Source of the DNA: Flectonema sp. DT1601
Taxonomy: Eukaryota
Assembly: GCA_964019425.1 (NCBI GenBank)
Contig: OZ025792.1
Location: forward strand, 186,001-250,000
Length of the DNA: 64,000 bases
Direction: 5' to 3'
Shown here: piece by piece, positions 1 to 11,907 of the stretch
How the letters are laid out: every line of letters starts with the position of its first letter
Position numbering within the stretch: the stretch's first letter is position 1
The notes under the pieces: generated by a model
What the model was told of the DNA's origin: nothing
Databases searched by the model: none
The model's input: the letters and a program-made list of their open reading frames with translations, nothing else
Program-made: the position numbers and the translations under genes

Positions 1-777
1 TTTTTTTTTTTTCTTTTTCCCCTTACTTTTCACTCAGCAGCGGATTGTTAGATAAAAAAAAAAAAAAATATTCGCGCAATTAAGCAGCTCAAAATTTGTT
101 TCTTCTTCTTTTTCTTCTTTGTGAAGGACTACATTGAACATTGTAACATCCAATGTTATATTGCAGCTGTTTAATCACCTTAGAGAAAAAGCTGTTACTA
201 ACAACAAGATACCTTGCGTGCTTTTGAGTATAAAAAAAAGCGGCTTCACAGAATATTGAGCTACAATAGAGTTTTTTTTTTGTTTTTTTTTTTTGTTTCC
301 CATAAACAAGCTTCACAAAAATTGAGCCACCGAATACTGTGGAATATAAGATTCAATGGCAATGGAAAATTCAAAAAAAAAAAAGAAAAAAAACGAGGGA
401 GAGTTGAAGATCATATTCCGGCTTCATTCTTCTGAGCCGTTTAACAACAAACGCTAAAGTGAACTAAAGTGGACAGACACAAAAACGCTGACCAGTAGAC
501 TAGTAATCATGAGTGACTGGACTGCAACACCACAAACTAATAACAGGAGCTAAGAGCTATCAAACTGCGAATCGGAGTATTCAAAAAGAATTAAAACATG
601 TAACACGTTCTGCCTACAAAGAGCTGGTACCCTTTATTCTAAGATGAAGTATTTCATACGGAAACCAAACAAGTTAAGTAAGTTAAACAGTCGAATCTAA
701 AAGTCATTCGTTCTGCAGATATACAATCTGTGTCGTGTTACCTGAAGGATAGTCTGACCTGATTAAGGTTGACTATA

Positions 778-1920
778 TCAGCAAATAATACAACACTGCT
801 CTGACTTGTGTTTTTTAACGATGCGAAACAGCTCTTCGGAACCTTCGGACGCGATGCTCGCAGCAGACTTTTTGCTGATGTCGAGATGGGCACCATGTTG
901 TAGAAGTAGTTCCACCACCTTAGGGTGGTTTTTATCAAATGCTGCCTTTACAGGTGTGGTCGGCTTTGATTTACCAAATCGACTACCTGATTTCGTATTT
1001 GGTTGCGCTCCTGCAGCGAGCAGCAGATTGACAACCTCTAAGTTACCATTTTGACTCGCTGCCAATAAAGGAGTAGTTGACTGGTGCACTGCATCAGCAG
1101 GAACACCCACTTCCAGCATTGCTGCTACGCTTGATGTGAGACCTTCTGCGCATAAGTTCACCATCGTGTGTGCAGATTCTTTGCAATCTGCCTTAACACC
1201 AACATCGACAAGTAATTTTACGATGTGAAATTGACCTGCTAAGGCAGCTCTGCGAAGTCCTTGTCTTGCAATCTTTCCCTTTGGTCGAATCCCATTAAAT
1301 AATAAAAGTTTTATAATAGCTTCGTGTCCATCACGGGCTGCTCTGATGAAAGATGGAGCGAGATATCTGCGGCAGTTCATGGCTCCGTTTTGGATGAGAA
1401 AAGTTACATTTGATACCGACCCAGCAATACAACCCTCAAGTAATGGATTGGACTTCTCTGTTGATTGAGAAGCTGATGCTCCGAATGCCAGTAGTAGTTC
1501 AATGACACTTCCACTTCCTCCTTTGACTGCTGCTATTAGTGGGGTTACACTATCAGATTCAGCACTAGGGTCAGCACCTGATAGTAGTAGTAGTTTTACT
1601 AATTCTTGGTTTCCAGCACTGGCAGCGTTTATTAACTCTGACGTATTAGTCTCATCAACGTTCAGGTTTTTTAGTCGTCTGACTGCTGCTTCTTTCTTTG
1701 ACATATCGACGTCAATCATGTCATCATTTCTAACTTCACTCTCACTTAACAACATTACGATGTCATTGAGTACTTCTTCACCTCCCATTCGCAGACAAAG
1801 ATCATCTGCCTTGATATCAACGGCTTCTGAGATTTCATCTCTCAGATGGCTGACCGTTGCGCTGTCTGAAACTTCCACCGCGTGGATTGTTCCGTCAATA
1901 CCTCGGCAGTAAATATACAT
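778..1920 (-). CDS. Ubiquitin-like domain + ankyrin repeat protein with C-terminal CaaX-like end
   Basis: Likely start MYIYCRGIDGTIHAVEV...ATVSHLRDEI (UBL-like fold). Multiple ankyrin motifs (TPLIAAVKGG, TPLLAASQNGNLEVVNLLLAAGA). Ends CCIIC-stop. Confidence 0.85.
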   Translation of the reverse strand: MYIYCRGIDGTIHAVEVSDSATVSHLRDEISEAVDIKADDLCLRMGGEEVLNDIVMLLSESEVRNDDMIDVDMSKKEAAVRRLKNLNVDETNTSELINAASAGNQELVKLLLLSGADPSAESDSVTPLIAAVKGGSGSVIELLLAFGASASQSTEKSNPLLEGCIAGSVSNVTFLIQNGAMNCRRYLAPSFIRAARDGHEAIIKLLLFNGIRPKGKIARQGLRRAALAGQFHIVKLLVDVGVKADCKESAHTMVNLCAEGLTSSVAAMLEVGVPADAVHQSTTPLLAASQNGNLEVVNLLLAAGAQPNTKSGSRFGKSKPTTPVKAAFDKNHPKVVELLLQHGAHLDISKKSAASIASEGSEELFRIVKKHKSEQCCIIC

Positions 1921-2627
1921 TGTATGTCCAGGCTGACTGTAGGAAGAATTATTGTAAGTTAATATTGTAAAGGATAATAAAATATTCTCGTCAACGCATC
2001 GGTTGTTGGTAACACTCTGTGGAAGGGATTGGGACTTCGGGGAATAGGCTGCGATTCTGAAGAACCAACGGGGAGGGATTCTCTTGGGCAACACTGCCAA
2101 TGCAAACTACGCCAACTTACTCGAAGCGGAATTGAGGGCAGGTAGCAATTCCGCTAAATGACACCAAATCAAAATTCAGCTCATAGGTCTGTCCCGTGTA
2201 GTTTCATACTACATAATCATCTCTGAGTCGCAAATTCTTTCTGCAACCGAACGGGCACACGCAGATCAAGCCACACAGGCGGAAGAAACATACAACTGAC
2301 AGGTACCTTTCAAAGTTACTAGAAGAACACAAACGTTATAAGATAGAATAGATGTGGTAAGATTACGTGGATAGCGTGTGTTGTTCAAGACGTTGAATTT
2401 TCTTTTCGCTTTAAAGTTCCCACATATAAGAAAAGAGAGTTTCTCAGGTATGCCGAAAACAAAATACGTTTTCAGCAGTCTTTGATGTCTAGTTAAGATC
2501 ATCCTTCCTTAAAACAACATCAGAATGATAGAATAGTAGAACTGTCAATCTATGAATTGTTATCTACACAACTATTCTATTCTAAGCGACTGATGTTATT
2601 TGTGATCTTTGCGTCAATGAAATCAAA

Positions 2628-4993
2628 CTATTTAGGGTCTGAGCTGACAGCAAGTATACGAAGCTTCTCCCAAAACGTCTGAAGGTTAGCATCGTCAGTG
2701 TGGATGACCTGTTTGTTGTTTTGTTGTTGTTGTTTTTGTATTTAAAGGAAAGGAAATTTTAATTTGTTAATTGGCATACTTGGACACCGTCCTCAACATT
2801 TTCAAGTTTTGTGTCACTCGGGTTTATCTTACTAAGAACATAACGTGCTTGGGAAGTGTACTGATCGCAAATAGTAATTTTAGGTGATGGGAACCTACTC
2901 TCAACAATCTCAGCCATGTGGACGTGTGGGGCCTCGAGTTGGGCCTTGAACGCTTCATAGCCAGGCTGGTCTTGGTACCCATTCTTGCGCCATTCAGCAA
3001 TAGTCTTTCCATGATGAATAGTAACGTCAAAGTAAGCATCACAAAGTAAGATGTTGTCTGGTCTGACTGATTCAGAATCCAGCTGAACTGGATGAGGGAC
3101 TGCCATACCATAATCATAAGCCTTCAGTGATGGTTGGATCATAGCAACAGCTTGCGGAACTGTTTCTCTCGATAAACAATTCCTAAAGAAAACAGTCTCA
3201 TCAGCACTACTATTAAATACCTGTAAGAACTCACTTCGTCTTAAGTGATACATAAACTGTGGCAGTAAACTGTACTGCTGTGGTAAGTGAAGAGACTTTG
3301 GATCTCCCGACTGATAAGTTGAAAATTTCTTAACAAAATTAATCAAAGATCTGTCAAGCCAACGGACAATAGGACGCATGTCATTACTATTCTCTTCCAT
3401 GTAGCGAGTTGTCATTCTGCCAAGGACTGAGGCAGCAGCCAACTGATCAAAGCAGTAAGTTGCGTTAATTACATCTCTATCTGCACTGCTTGCGATGGCA
3501 TGCATTTGTGTAGTAACACGTAATCTTCTACTTCCGTGACTATCAGTGAACGCTGTTAGAAATTGTGTGTATCTGTTAGGAGATCCACTTTGCTTCTCAG
3601 CATCGAATACAACACTAAAAGAAGTAGTTGTGTCAATAGAAGAAGTACTCCAGGCACAAGTCTTTCCGTCACCTACTTCTACAGACGCACTAGCTGATTG
3701 ACTCATTTCATCAATTCCTCTGCAAGGACCAATACATCCAGCGATTTTAGTCTCAGCACTGGTCTGTACTTCGATTGTTACATTAAAGAACATATTTAGA
3801 ACATTATTCCTCGATTCAATCTTCTTAAACAACTTCTCAAATGAAGTAATGAATACCGGTGCGTGGAATGTATCACTTGATATGATGTAACCCCCAGTGT
3901 AGACGATCGCTTCAGAAAGCTCTAACAGACCAACTTGGTCGAGTGAGATCATAAACATGTCGATGCAAAAGTTAATTTTACGAAGTCTTTTCGCTAATTT
4001 TTTACCAAATTCTGTGGCTTTGGAGAGATGGGGGGCGTTGCCGTCTTTTATGTCGCTGTGAGAGCGGAGGGTTTCCTCCAGTTTGTCTGTAACCATACTT
4101 CCAGGACCACGTGGACAAGGACCAGACAATAAGAGTATAATTCTTCCGTGGAATGGATCTTTTCCTGGTCCAATGAGAAGTTCTGCAATTGCTGTTGAGA
4201 TTTCCATCGCTGCTCCAGTTGATCGAAGAGCACGTCTTCCCTGTGGAACAGGCCACGGATCTTGTGTCAAATCATCAAACAAGTTAGTTACTATTTGTTC
4301 ACAATCAGCAGCTGGTATTAAGTACCTTCCGGCAACTCCTTCTGAAGGTCCTAATTTTGAACCCTTTTTAATTCCTAAAAAGTCTCTTACCGCTTCCTGC
4401 GAGTACTCACCTGACTTCGGGTCACCAGTAAATACAACTCCCTTAACAGCGTGTTTGAATCCGAGTTCCCAAACAGTAACATTTTTACCGACAGTTATGA
4501 CACCAATCAGAGAGTCTGGGGGAAGGGTAGGAATGACTCCGAGAATTGCGTCTTTCTCACCGTTGAGTTCAGTTAGTTTAGTAGCGATATCAACAACAAA
4601 GATGAAAACAGGTGAAGGCGCCTGAGGTTTATTCAAAATATATTCAACCGTACTGCTGGATGATCCAAATTCCAATTGTAGAGTTGCAGATGATCCTCCC
4701 TGGTCGTTTCTTGACCTACAAAAAGGACACGTCCATGACCTACTAGTAGGATCAACTTTACAAAACCTACTCGCTATGGCACTGCACTGTCTACACTTTG
4801 TTGGTACTCCTTGAATCACAGGAACTGTTGGTATATTTTTCAATGGAGTAATAACACAGGCCAGAGGTACTACCATCTCTGGTGAGAAACATCCACCAGA
4901 AGACTTCTCTTTCCCTGACGTCTTGTTTGGGAATGTGTGCCAAGTCCATCTCGTACCATCTGTATCTTCAAGGTTCTGAAAATATTCAGCCAT
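2628..4993 (-). CDS. SEC23: COPII coat protein Sec23; 2 exons (4993-2780, 2708-2628)
   Basis: Zn finger CxxC...WTCPFC, vWA-like trunk (FIFVVD), PQFMYHLRRSEFLQVFNSSADET, CDQYTSQARYVLSKINPS. A GT-AG intron at 2779-2709 restores the Sec23-type tail VIHTDDANLQTFWEKLRILAVSS. Confidence 0.95.
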
Positions 4994-5352
4994 GCTGAGT
5001 TATTCTTGAGAGGGGGGAGGAATATAATATATGACTAAGAGGTTATTATTATTTCAGAAACTGTTTGATTCATCCCACCAACAATTACAAATAAATTTAA
5101 ATACGGTTGGTTTTTTAAGGAGGGTAGCGATTTCGTTGGTTGTGTGTTTTTTTTTGATAAATTTAAAAAAAAAAAAAAAAACCCATATTACAACGTCTCG
5201 GAAGCAGCCAGTTGCACAGTAATGAAGTCATCTTCAAGACGACAACTCAAACGGAATTTTCACGCACCGATAGCTAAGAGAAATATTCTCCTCAGCTATC
5301 TTTATACAGGCCTGAAGTTTAACAGGTGGAAGTCACTATAGAAGTCTCACTA

Positions 5353-7079
5353 CTATTTAAATATCCATTTACTATGATCAATATAACTTAACATGTTAGC
5401 GTACGATGAGTATGTTTTACACCAACTATTTGGCCAACCATTCTCATGAAATGTTACATTACAAGATGGATCTGAGAACACTGTTGATTGGAAGTCATTC
5501 AACAACTCTTTATCATATTCAGTAGCTGCGATAGGTGTTGGGTGACAATATGAAAGTTGTTCTCGAGTAAGGTGATCAATTAGTGTTTTTATTAAACCAA
5601 CTTGCGATTCAATCGCTAGCCATATTGAATTAAAAGGATTCGTTGAAGGACCTGATAATACAAAGAAATTCGGAAAATCTGGAACCGCAACACCTAAGTA
5701 GCTGTAAGGCGATGTAGATCCAGTCTTGTCGTTGTATTTCCATAAATCAGATATATTTGTACCGTTTTGACCCGTAATTTTTATTGGAAAGAAGTATCTT
5801 TGATTATAAAAACCTGTCGCGTAAATCACAACGTCATGTTCACGTATTTTATCCGATGATTTCACACCTTTTTTCGTGAGTTTTTCAACACTTTGATTGA
5901 CGATTTCTGTTGTTGGAGAACACAGAGTCTCAGTCCATGAATTATCTACACAGATACGCCTACAACCTAAAGGATATTTTGGTATAATTAAATCTTTTTT
6001 AATGTTTTGTAGTTTACCATTCGTAATCAGTTGTGATATCTTAGTGTCCATCACCGAAGTGAACATCTTTTCAGTAATAAACTTTCTAAACGACTCTCTT
6101 CCCGCAAATACTAATCTCAAAACTAAATCCAAGACAAACTGTCTTAGTGACCTTCGCAACCATGATAAAAGATCACTATTTTCAGTTAGGTATTTCTTTA
6201 ATGACGATGTTTTAACATTATTCTTTGGTGCAACGTACGGCGGTGTCCTCATGTAAATTGTTAATTTGGATGCGTCTTTCAGGATCTCTGAAGCTGCCTG
6301 TATACCTGAAGAACCAGTACCAATTATTGCAACGTTTTTATTCTTTAGACAGACGTTAGATTTCCATTCTGCTGTATGCATTGCTATTCCTTCATAATCC
6401 TCTGTCGGAAACGACGGATGTTTTGGATCACGAAGCATTCCTGATGGGGTTTTGTTTTCTGGTGGACAAAAATCAGATCTGGTTTTTTTTTTTGAAAAAA
6501 AAAAAAAAAAAATTGCATACCCGTAGCTGCGATAAAGAAATTAGCACTGTGCTGAGAAGATTTACCAGTTGTTAAGTCAGTGACGGTGATGTTCCATAAG
6601 TTGGTTTCTTTATCCCAAATTGCTTCATCAACTCTGTGCATGAGGTTGATAGAGTCTTGGATATTAAACTTAGAAGTCATGTCTCTCAGATACGTCAACA
6701 ACTCATCGCGGTATGCCCACTTCTTAGAGAAGGTACGCGGGAAGAATGAAAACTGATATAAATATGATTCGACATCAGCACAGCAACCTGGGTATTGATT
6801 TACATTCCACACGCCACCAACACTGTCGTGTTTCTCAAATACGGAAACGTCAACGCCCATCTTCTTTAGTTGTACGGCAGCGCATAGTCCAGCTGCTCCT
6901 GCCCCGACTATAAATGCTTTCCCTTTTCCCTTTAATGAGGATGCTCTTCTTTCAGTCATTTTCTTTTTTAAATAAAAATAGACTGTCGCTGCAGCGATCA
7001 AACTCATCTTCCTCCCAGAAACTGTCTTTCGGAGGACAGTAAGTGTTAGGGCTAATGCGATGAAATCTAGTTTCTTCAT
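5353..7079 (-). CDS. Flavin-dependent monooxygenase, Baeyer-Villiger type; 2 exons (7079-6521, 6440-5353)
   Basis: GAGAAG FAD motif, GGVWNVNQYPG, fingerprint YEGIAMHTAEW (FxGxxxHxxxW-like), GTGSSG NADPH motif, VIYATGF. A phase-1 intron at 6520-6441 joins the two ORFs in frame. Confidence 0.9.
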
Positions 7080-7480
7080 CTTTTTCTACATGTGTACCTG
7101 TTTAGGAATAGGTTACTAATTAACAGTAATTTCTTAATGGCTAAGCCCCTACTTAATCTACCGTGTGGTAACTATGATTAGATTCAAATCCTGTTCTGAA
7201 GTACGGATAATAAAAAAAAAAAGGTAATATATACGACACGTTTTTTTTTTTTTTCTGAAGATAAATAAATTCTGAAGTTATTACAATAAATAAGAAGTAA
7301 TTCTTAATGAACAAAAAAACCACATCTATTAACGAGCAGGTCGGATACAAAACAATAAGAATAGTACGATACAAGGAAAAGGCATTCTAGTCACTGATGC
7401 ATGGGTAACTAATGGAAAATAGTACAATAAAAAAATAGAAAAACCCAGCAATTGTGTGACCAGACCATAAGAAAAGGGTG

Positions 7481-10400
7481 TTATTTTCTGGGAGGTGAAC
7501 CGGTCATCATAAAGGGACGACCTTCTCTCTTATGTTTACGAGAACTTTTAAGTGGAGAATCAAGAAGGGATGCGAGATTAATTTCTGACGCTACAGGAGT
7601 CGTAGTTGAATCCCACTCTGGATTCATAACACCGTGTCTTGGAGGTGGAGGACTTCCGTAACCCGCAAGTGAAAGTGAAGTACTTGGTAGATATTGTTTC
7701 AGGGTGTGGCGAGTCAACGAGCCTGCCCTTTCGGTTGCTTCCTGGTCTCTATCTGCTTCGTTAATAGAATCAAAATGAGAGTCTTTTTGTAATATAACAC
7801 CAGAAATAGTACCATGTTCAGTTGGGATATCAGTAATCCTTCCATCAGTTACCTCGTTGTCAGTGTCGCTGACTTCAATGAAGTCCATCTCCATCGCTGT
7901 CTTTGGTTTTAATCTGACCAATTGCGATACTTTAACTTGAGGCTGCTTGACTGGACCACTGCTGGCATTTATTCCTCTCGAAGGTGACTGACTAGCTGAC
8001 AGGATGACGTTTGCTAAATCGGATTCACCTTCACCATCAGGCATCGACATGTCTCCATACCTGTGTGTTAGGGATTGTTCACCCGGCTTGTTCGGTGTAG
8101 GAGTCAGCGGTTGAATGCGTCCTTGCTTGGTGATGGGTCCTCCCTGCGATACCTGTTTGTTGTTGTTGTTGTTGTTGTAGTTGTTACTAAGTTATAATAC
8201 CGACTTCACTAAACTACAAAAGTAAAAGACTCCACACCTTATCAAATCGACCCTGCGAAGTATTATGGTCAGCCATTCTTTGTGATTTACTAATCGCAGA
8301 TACTGACGCCGGTTTGATCTGCTTCTTACCCATTCGCAAGAGACGGACTTCACCGTCAGGAGCGACAAAGCATTCATTTACTGGTTCATGTTTAGGGGTG
8401 ACTCGTCTGTTATAAGGTGAAGGGCTTCTTTTTGCAATCGGTTGAGTGATGGATACTTCTGGTGGTGTTCGCAGAGGTGGTTGAGATGTTTGAGGGGTGC
8501 GTCTCTCACGAGTTCCAGTACTTCTGTAAGATTGAGTAGTTGTTGTAGGCGACCCCCTAACTGCTGAGTAACCGCCGCCTGGTTTCGACTTGACACTCGC
8601 AATTGGTTGCCGTGGAGACCCTCTTCTTGATGACCTATCGACACTTTGAACAACAGAAGATACTCGTTGAGGTGTTCTTGGAGTTTCAGACCTTCTAGGA
8701 CTGATTGAAGAGTTCCTATTAGGAGTGACACTTCTCCTTCCATCTTGAGGTTCTCTCGGAGGATTACTATAATTCTGATTACGTAATCCCCTACTAGAAC
8801 CTGGGGTGTTTAAATTAGTTGCGGATCTAATAAATGGTGATGCCTGCTGTGAATATACTAAAGGACCTTCTCCCCCAATTGATCTCATTGGAGTGACAGG
8901 AAGGTCACGGGAACCGTGTGGTGTGACCAAGTGACCCGGAACAGGATAGTTCTCCGCAGCGTGGCCGCCAGCAAGAGCTGCATTTAAATACTCTTGAGGT
9001 GTTGGTGAACGACGAGGATTTGGATACTGACATGGAGGAGCTGATCTCATACCACCTCCCGAAGTGCTCGTTCGCGAGGTCGATCTGATTGGAGAATTCG
9101 ATTCGAAGTAATCGGCATCGAAATCTTCTGGAGAACGACACACTTCTTCTCTAACACGTTGTTGTTTAACTACCTTCTTCTCTTTTATTTCTTTATTTGG
9201 AATATTTTCAAATTTTAACTTATCGTTGTTGTTGTCGTTGTTTTTGTTGATGATGATGTTACTGTTCCCATGCTGTTCTTCTAACTCATTCAATATCTTT
9301 GAAACAACTCGAGTAGCTTCCCTAGCTGGGGAGCTTTCTGTTCCCCATCCAGAGAGTTTATTGACCTGCTGAGGTGCGTCTTTCTCAAGATCTGTAAATT
9401 CGAACTTATTGGTGTCAGAAAGAATAGTGAGTGGGCTACATTGATCATCCAAATCACGAGGTGAAGTGTTCAATTCACTACCGTCACCGAGAATAGCATG
9501 CATTTCACGAAACGCGTCGTTGACATTCTCGCTTCGAACTGAATCACTCCTGTTACCAGAAATGATATCCTGCATCTCTGAGAATGTTATTATTGGCTCG
9601 GGATAGCTCTCTGTTATGCTATCACTTACTCCATTCATTTCATCAATCGATGTCGGATTAGCCCCTGCGAGTAGTAATTTCTGCGTCTCACTCAACATGA
9701 CAGCTCCTGGGGGGCTCTTCGGCTGAGGAGGTTGCTGAGGGGCAGATGTGTTGCTCAATAATAGGTTTTGCATTTCTTTAAAAGTAATTAAAGATTGAGG
9801 TGAATCAGTTGTACTATGAGGAGGATCAAGGTCAAACCAATCTCTACCAGGAGTGTGAAGATCACCAACATCTGAACTGTTTGGTGTTGTCACAGCGACA
9901 GGTTTAGCAGCAGCGAGAAGTTTCATTTGTGTTTCACTGAATGTGATCGTCGTAGGAGAGGGGAGTACTTGCGGCTGGTTTGACGGAGTTTTCAGTTCCT
10001 CGCGATATCCGTCGTCGGAAGCAACGGAACTGTCAGCGAGGATGAGCTGCTGTAAGTCTGCCAACGTCATTGTTGGCGCAGCGGAATCAAAGTGAGGAAC
10101 AGTTGGTGGGGTAGGTCTCGGCGATTGAGATCTACCACTTCCTCTATATGGTGTCAGTGATGGTCGGAATGGGTGATTTACTTCTTCGTCAACTGCCTTC
10201 ATCTTCGCAAGTCTCTTTTTCTCGTTCACGTGACCTTCCCAATTTTTATTTCGGTAAAATACGTCCATCGGAGTAGCAGTTGATTTCAGCTTCCCACTAC
10301 CTCTGTTACTGGCAGCTTTTATTTCGGCATCTGACTGTCTGACGAGAGACTCTTTGTGTAGTTTATTTCCTTCGTGGTCAGCATACAGCCTTTCATGAAC

Positions 10401-11637
10401 TGGTTTCATGGCGCGTTCTGAAAGGACTTCTCCGTTGCTCGGATCAGCAGGAGCGTCTCCGATGATTGGAATTCTCTTTAGAGGTGGCGGTTGGATAGGT
10501 GGTGGGTTTGGTCTTGAAAGTCTTTCCCAAAACACTTTATTCAAATCCTTCTTTTCTCGTCTTGTCTTAGCAAGTTGTGTGCTGTGCTTTCCGATGGCCG
10601 GAACTGCTCTGGACGGTGATGGTGAAGCAGCTAATATTTCAGCAGCACTTGGAGAGAATCCCTGTGTAAGTCTATCCCAATGAGATACACCTGTTATGTT
10701 ATTATTATAATTACTTTAGAATAAAGATAAACCACACAACACTACCTTAACAATAATGCAAACCTGTTCTCTGTACCAGTTTTTCAGATAGCTGACGAGA
10801 CTGCGATATGACGGAAGCTCCTTTCACACATTTCGTTGCATGTTCTTCTTCTTCTGGATTATCACCGACATACGCAGACAGCTGTTCATCTGTCCACTGT
10901 GGAGTTGGTGTGCCGTGTGGATACGAACGAGATTGCAATTTCTTCTGAACATCACCTCTGGATTCGTAAAGTCGGTTCGTTGTAATTCCGTCTCGACTGA
11001 GGGCTGCTGCCTTTGCGGTTATCTATTTAATTAATTGACGACAAGTTGTTTTATTTATTTTCGACACCTCACAATACAGAAATAAAGGAAAACACACCTG
11101 AGGAGCATATGAAGAAGTATCAGCAAGAACTTCATGCATTTCCTTCCATCGTTGAGTCTTCGCACGTTTTTCTTCCTTCACATTTTGATAAGTCATTAGC
11201 CGATCTACAAGTGGTGGCCAAGAACCATCTTCCTGCAGTCTTTTAATTGTGTCTTTCGATTTCTTTGAAATTGCTGGTTTTCCAGTGCAAGGTAGGCTCT
11301 CTTGTTCAATTGCTTGTGTCTGTTTTTTTTTTTTTTTTTTTTGGATTTAATGAAATAAAGACAAATTTAAGAAATAAGATAAATTAAAATAGAGTAATAC
11401 CTGCATGAAATGTATGCGAGCTGCTTTACTGGCACGCCATTGCATGCCACGTTGATATATCTCACTATGTTCTTCCTCTTCTGTTGATGTGAATAGTTCA
11501 GGGTGTTGCTCAATAATGTCAGCCAGTTGTTGAAGAGCATCACCATCAGGTCTCGTTTCTAATCCAACATCTGTTGCTTCCCTAGCTGCTTTAGTTTTCT
11601 TCCATAATGAGTTAACCAAAGCCTCAAAATCCTCCAT
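7481..11637 (-). CDS. Large low-complexity Ser/Pro/Arg-rich protein; 5 exons (11637-11401, 11319-11098, 11022-10764, 10690-8238, 8152-7481)
   Basis: Four short GT-AG introns join ORFs 11347-11637, 10747-10938, 8214-10544 and 7481-8050 with consistent phases. Motifs such as VHERLY and HPFRPSL resemble those of protist cytoskeletal proteins (inference). Confidence 0.7.
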
Positions 11638-11907
11638 TTCACTTGTGTACTAAAAACAGTAATAAAACATTATTAGAAACGTACAAGACAATAATGAAAT
11701 GGCGGAGGTAACTTGGTAGGAATTCTCATATCGTTACCAAGTTTACGATAACTATACCAACCAACAAATAAAGACAAGAGAGTGCAATAAAAACAACAAC
11801 AACACAACAAACAACAATATTAACGGCGGCGTTAGGCTCAGGAAAGAAGATACCTAATAAAAGACAAGTGAGATGGAAAGAAAAATAAAAAAACAAGGGG
11901 AATTAAT

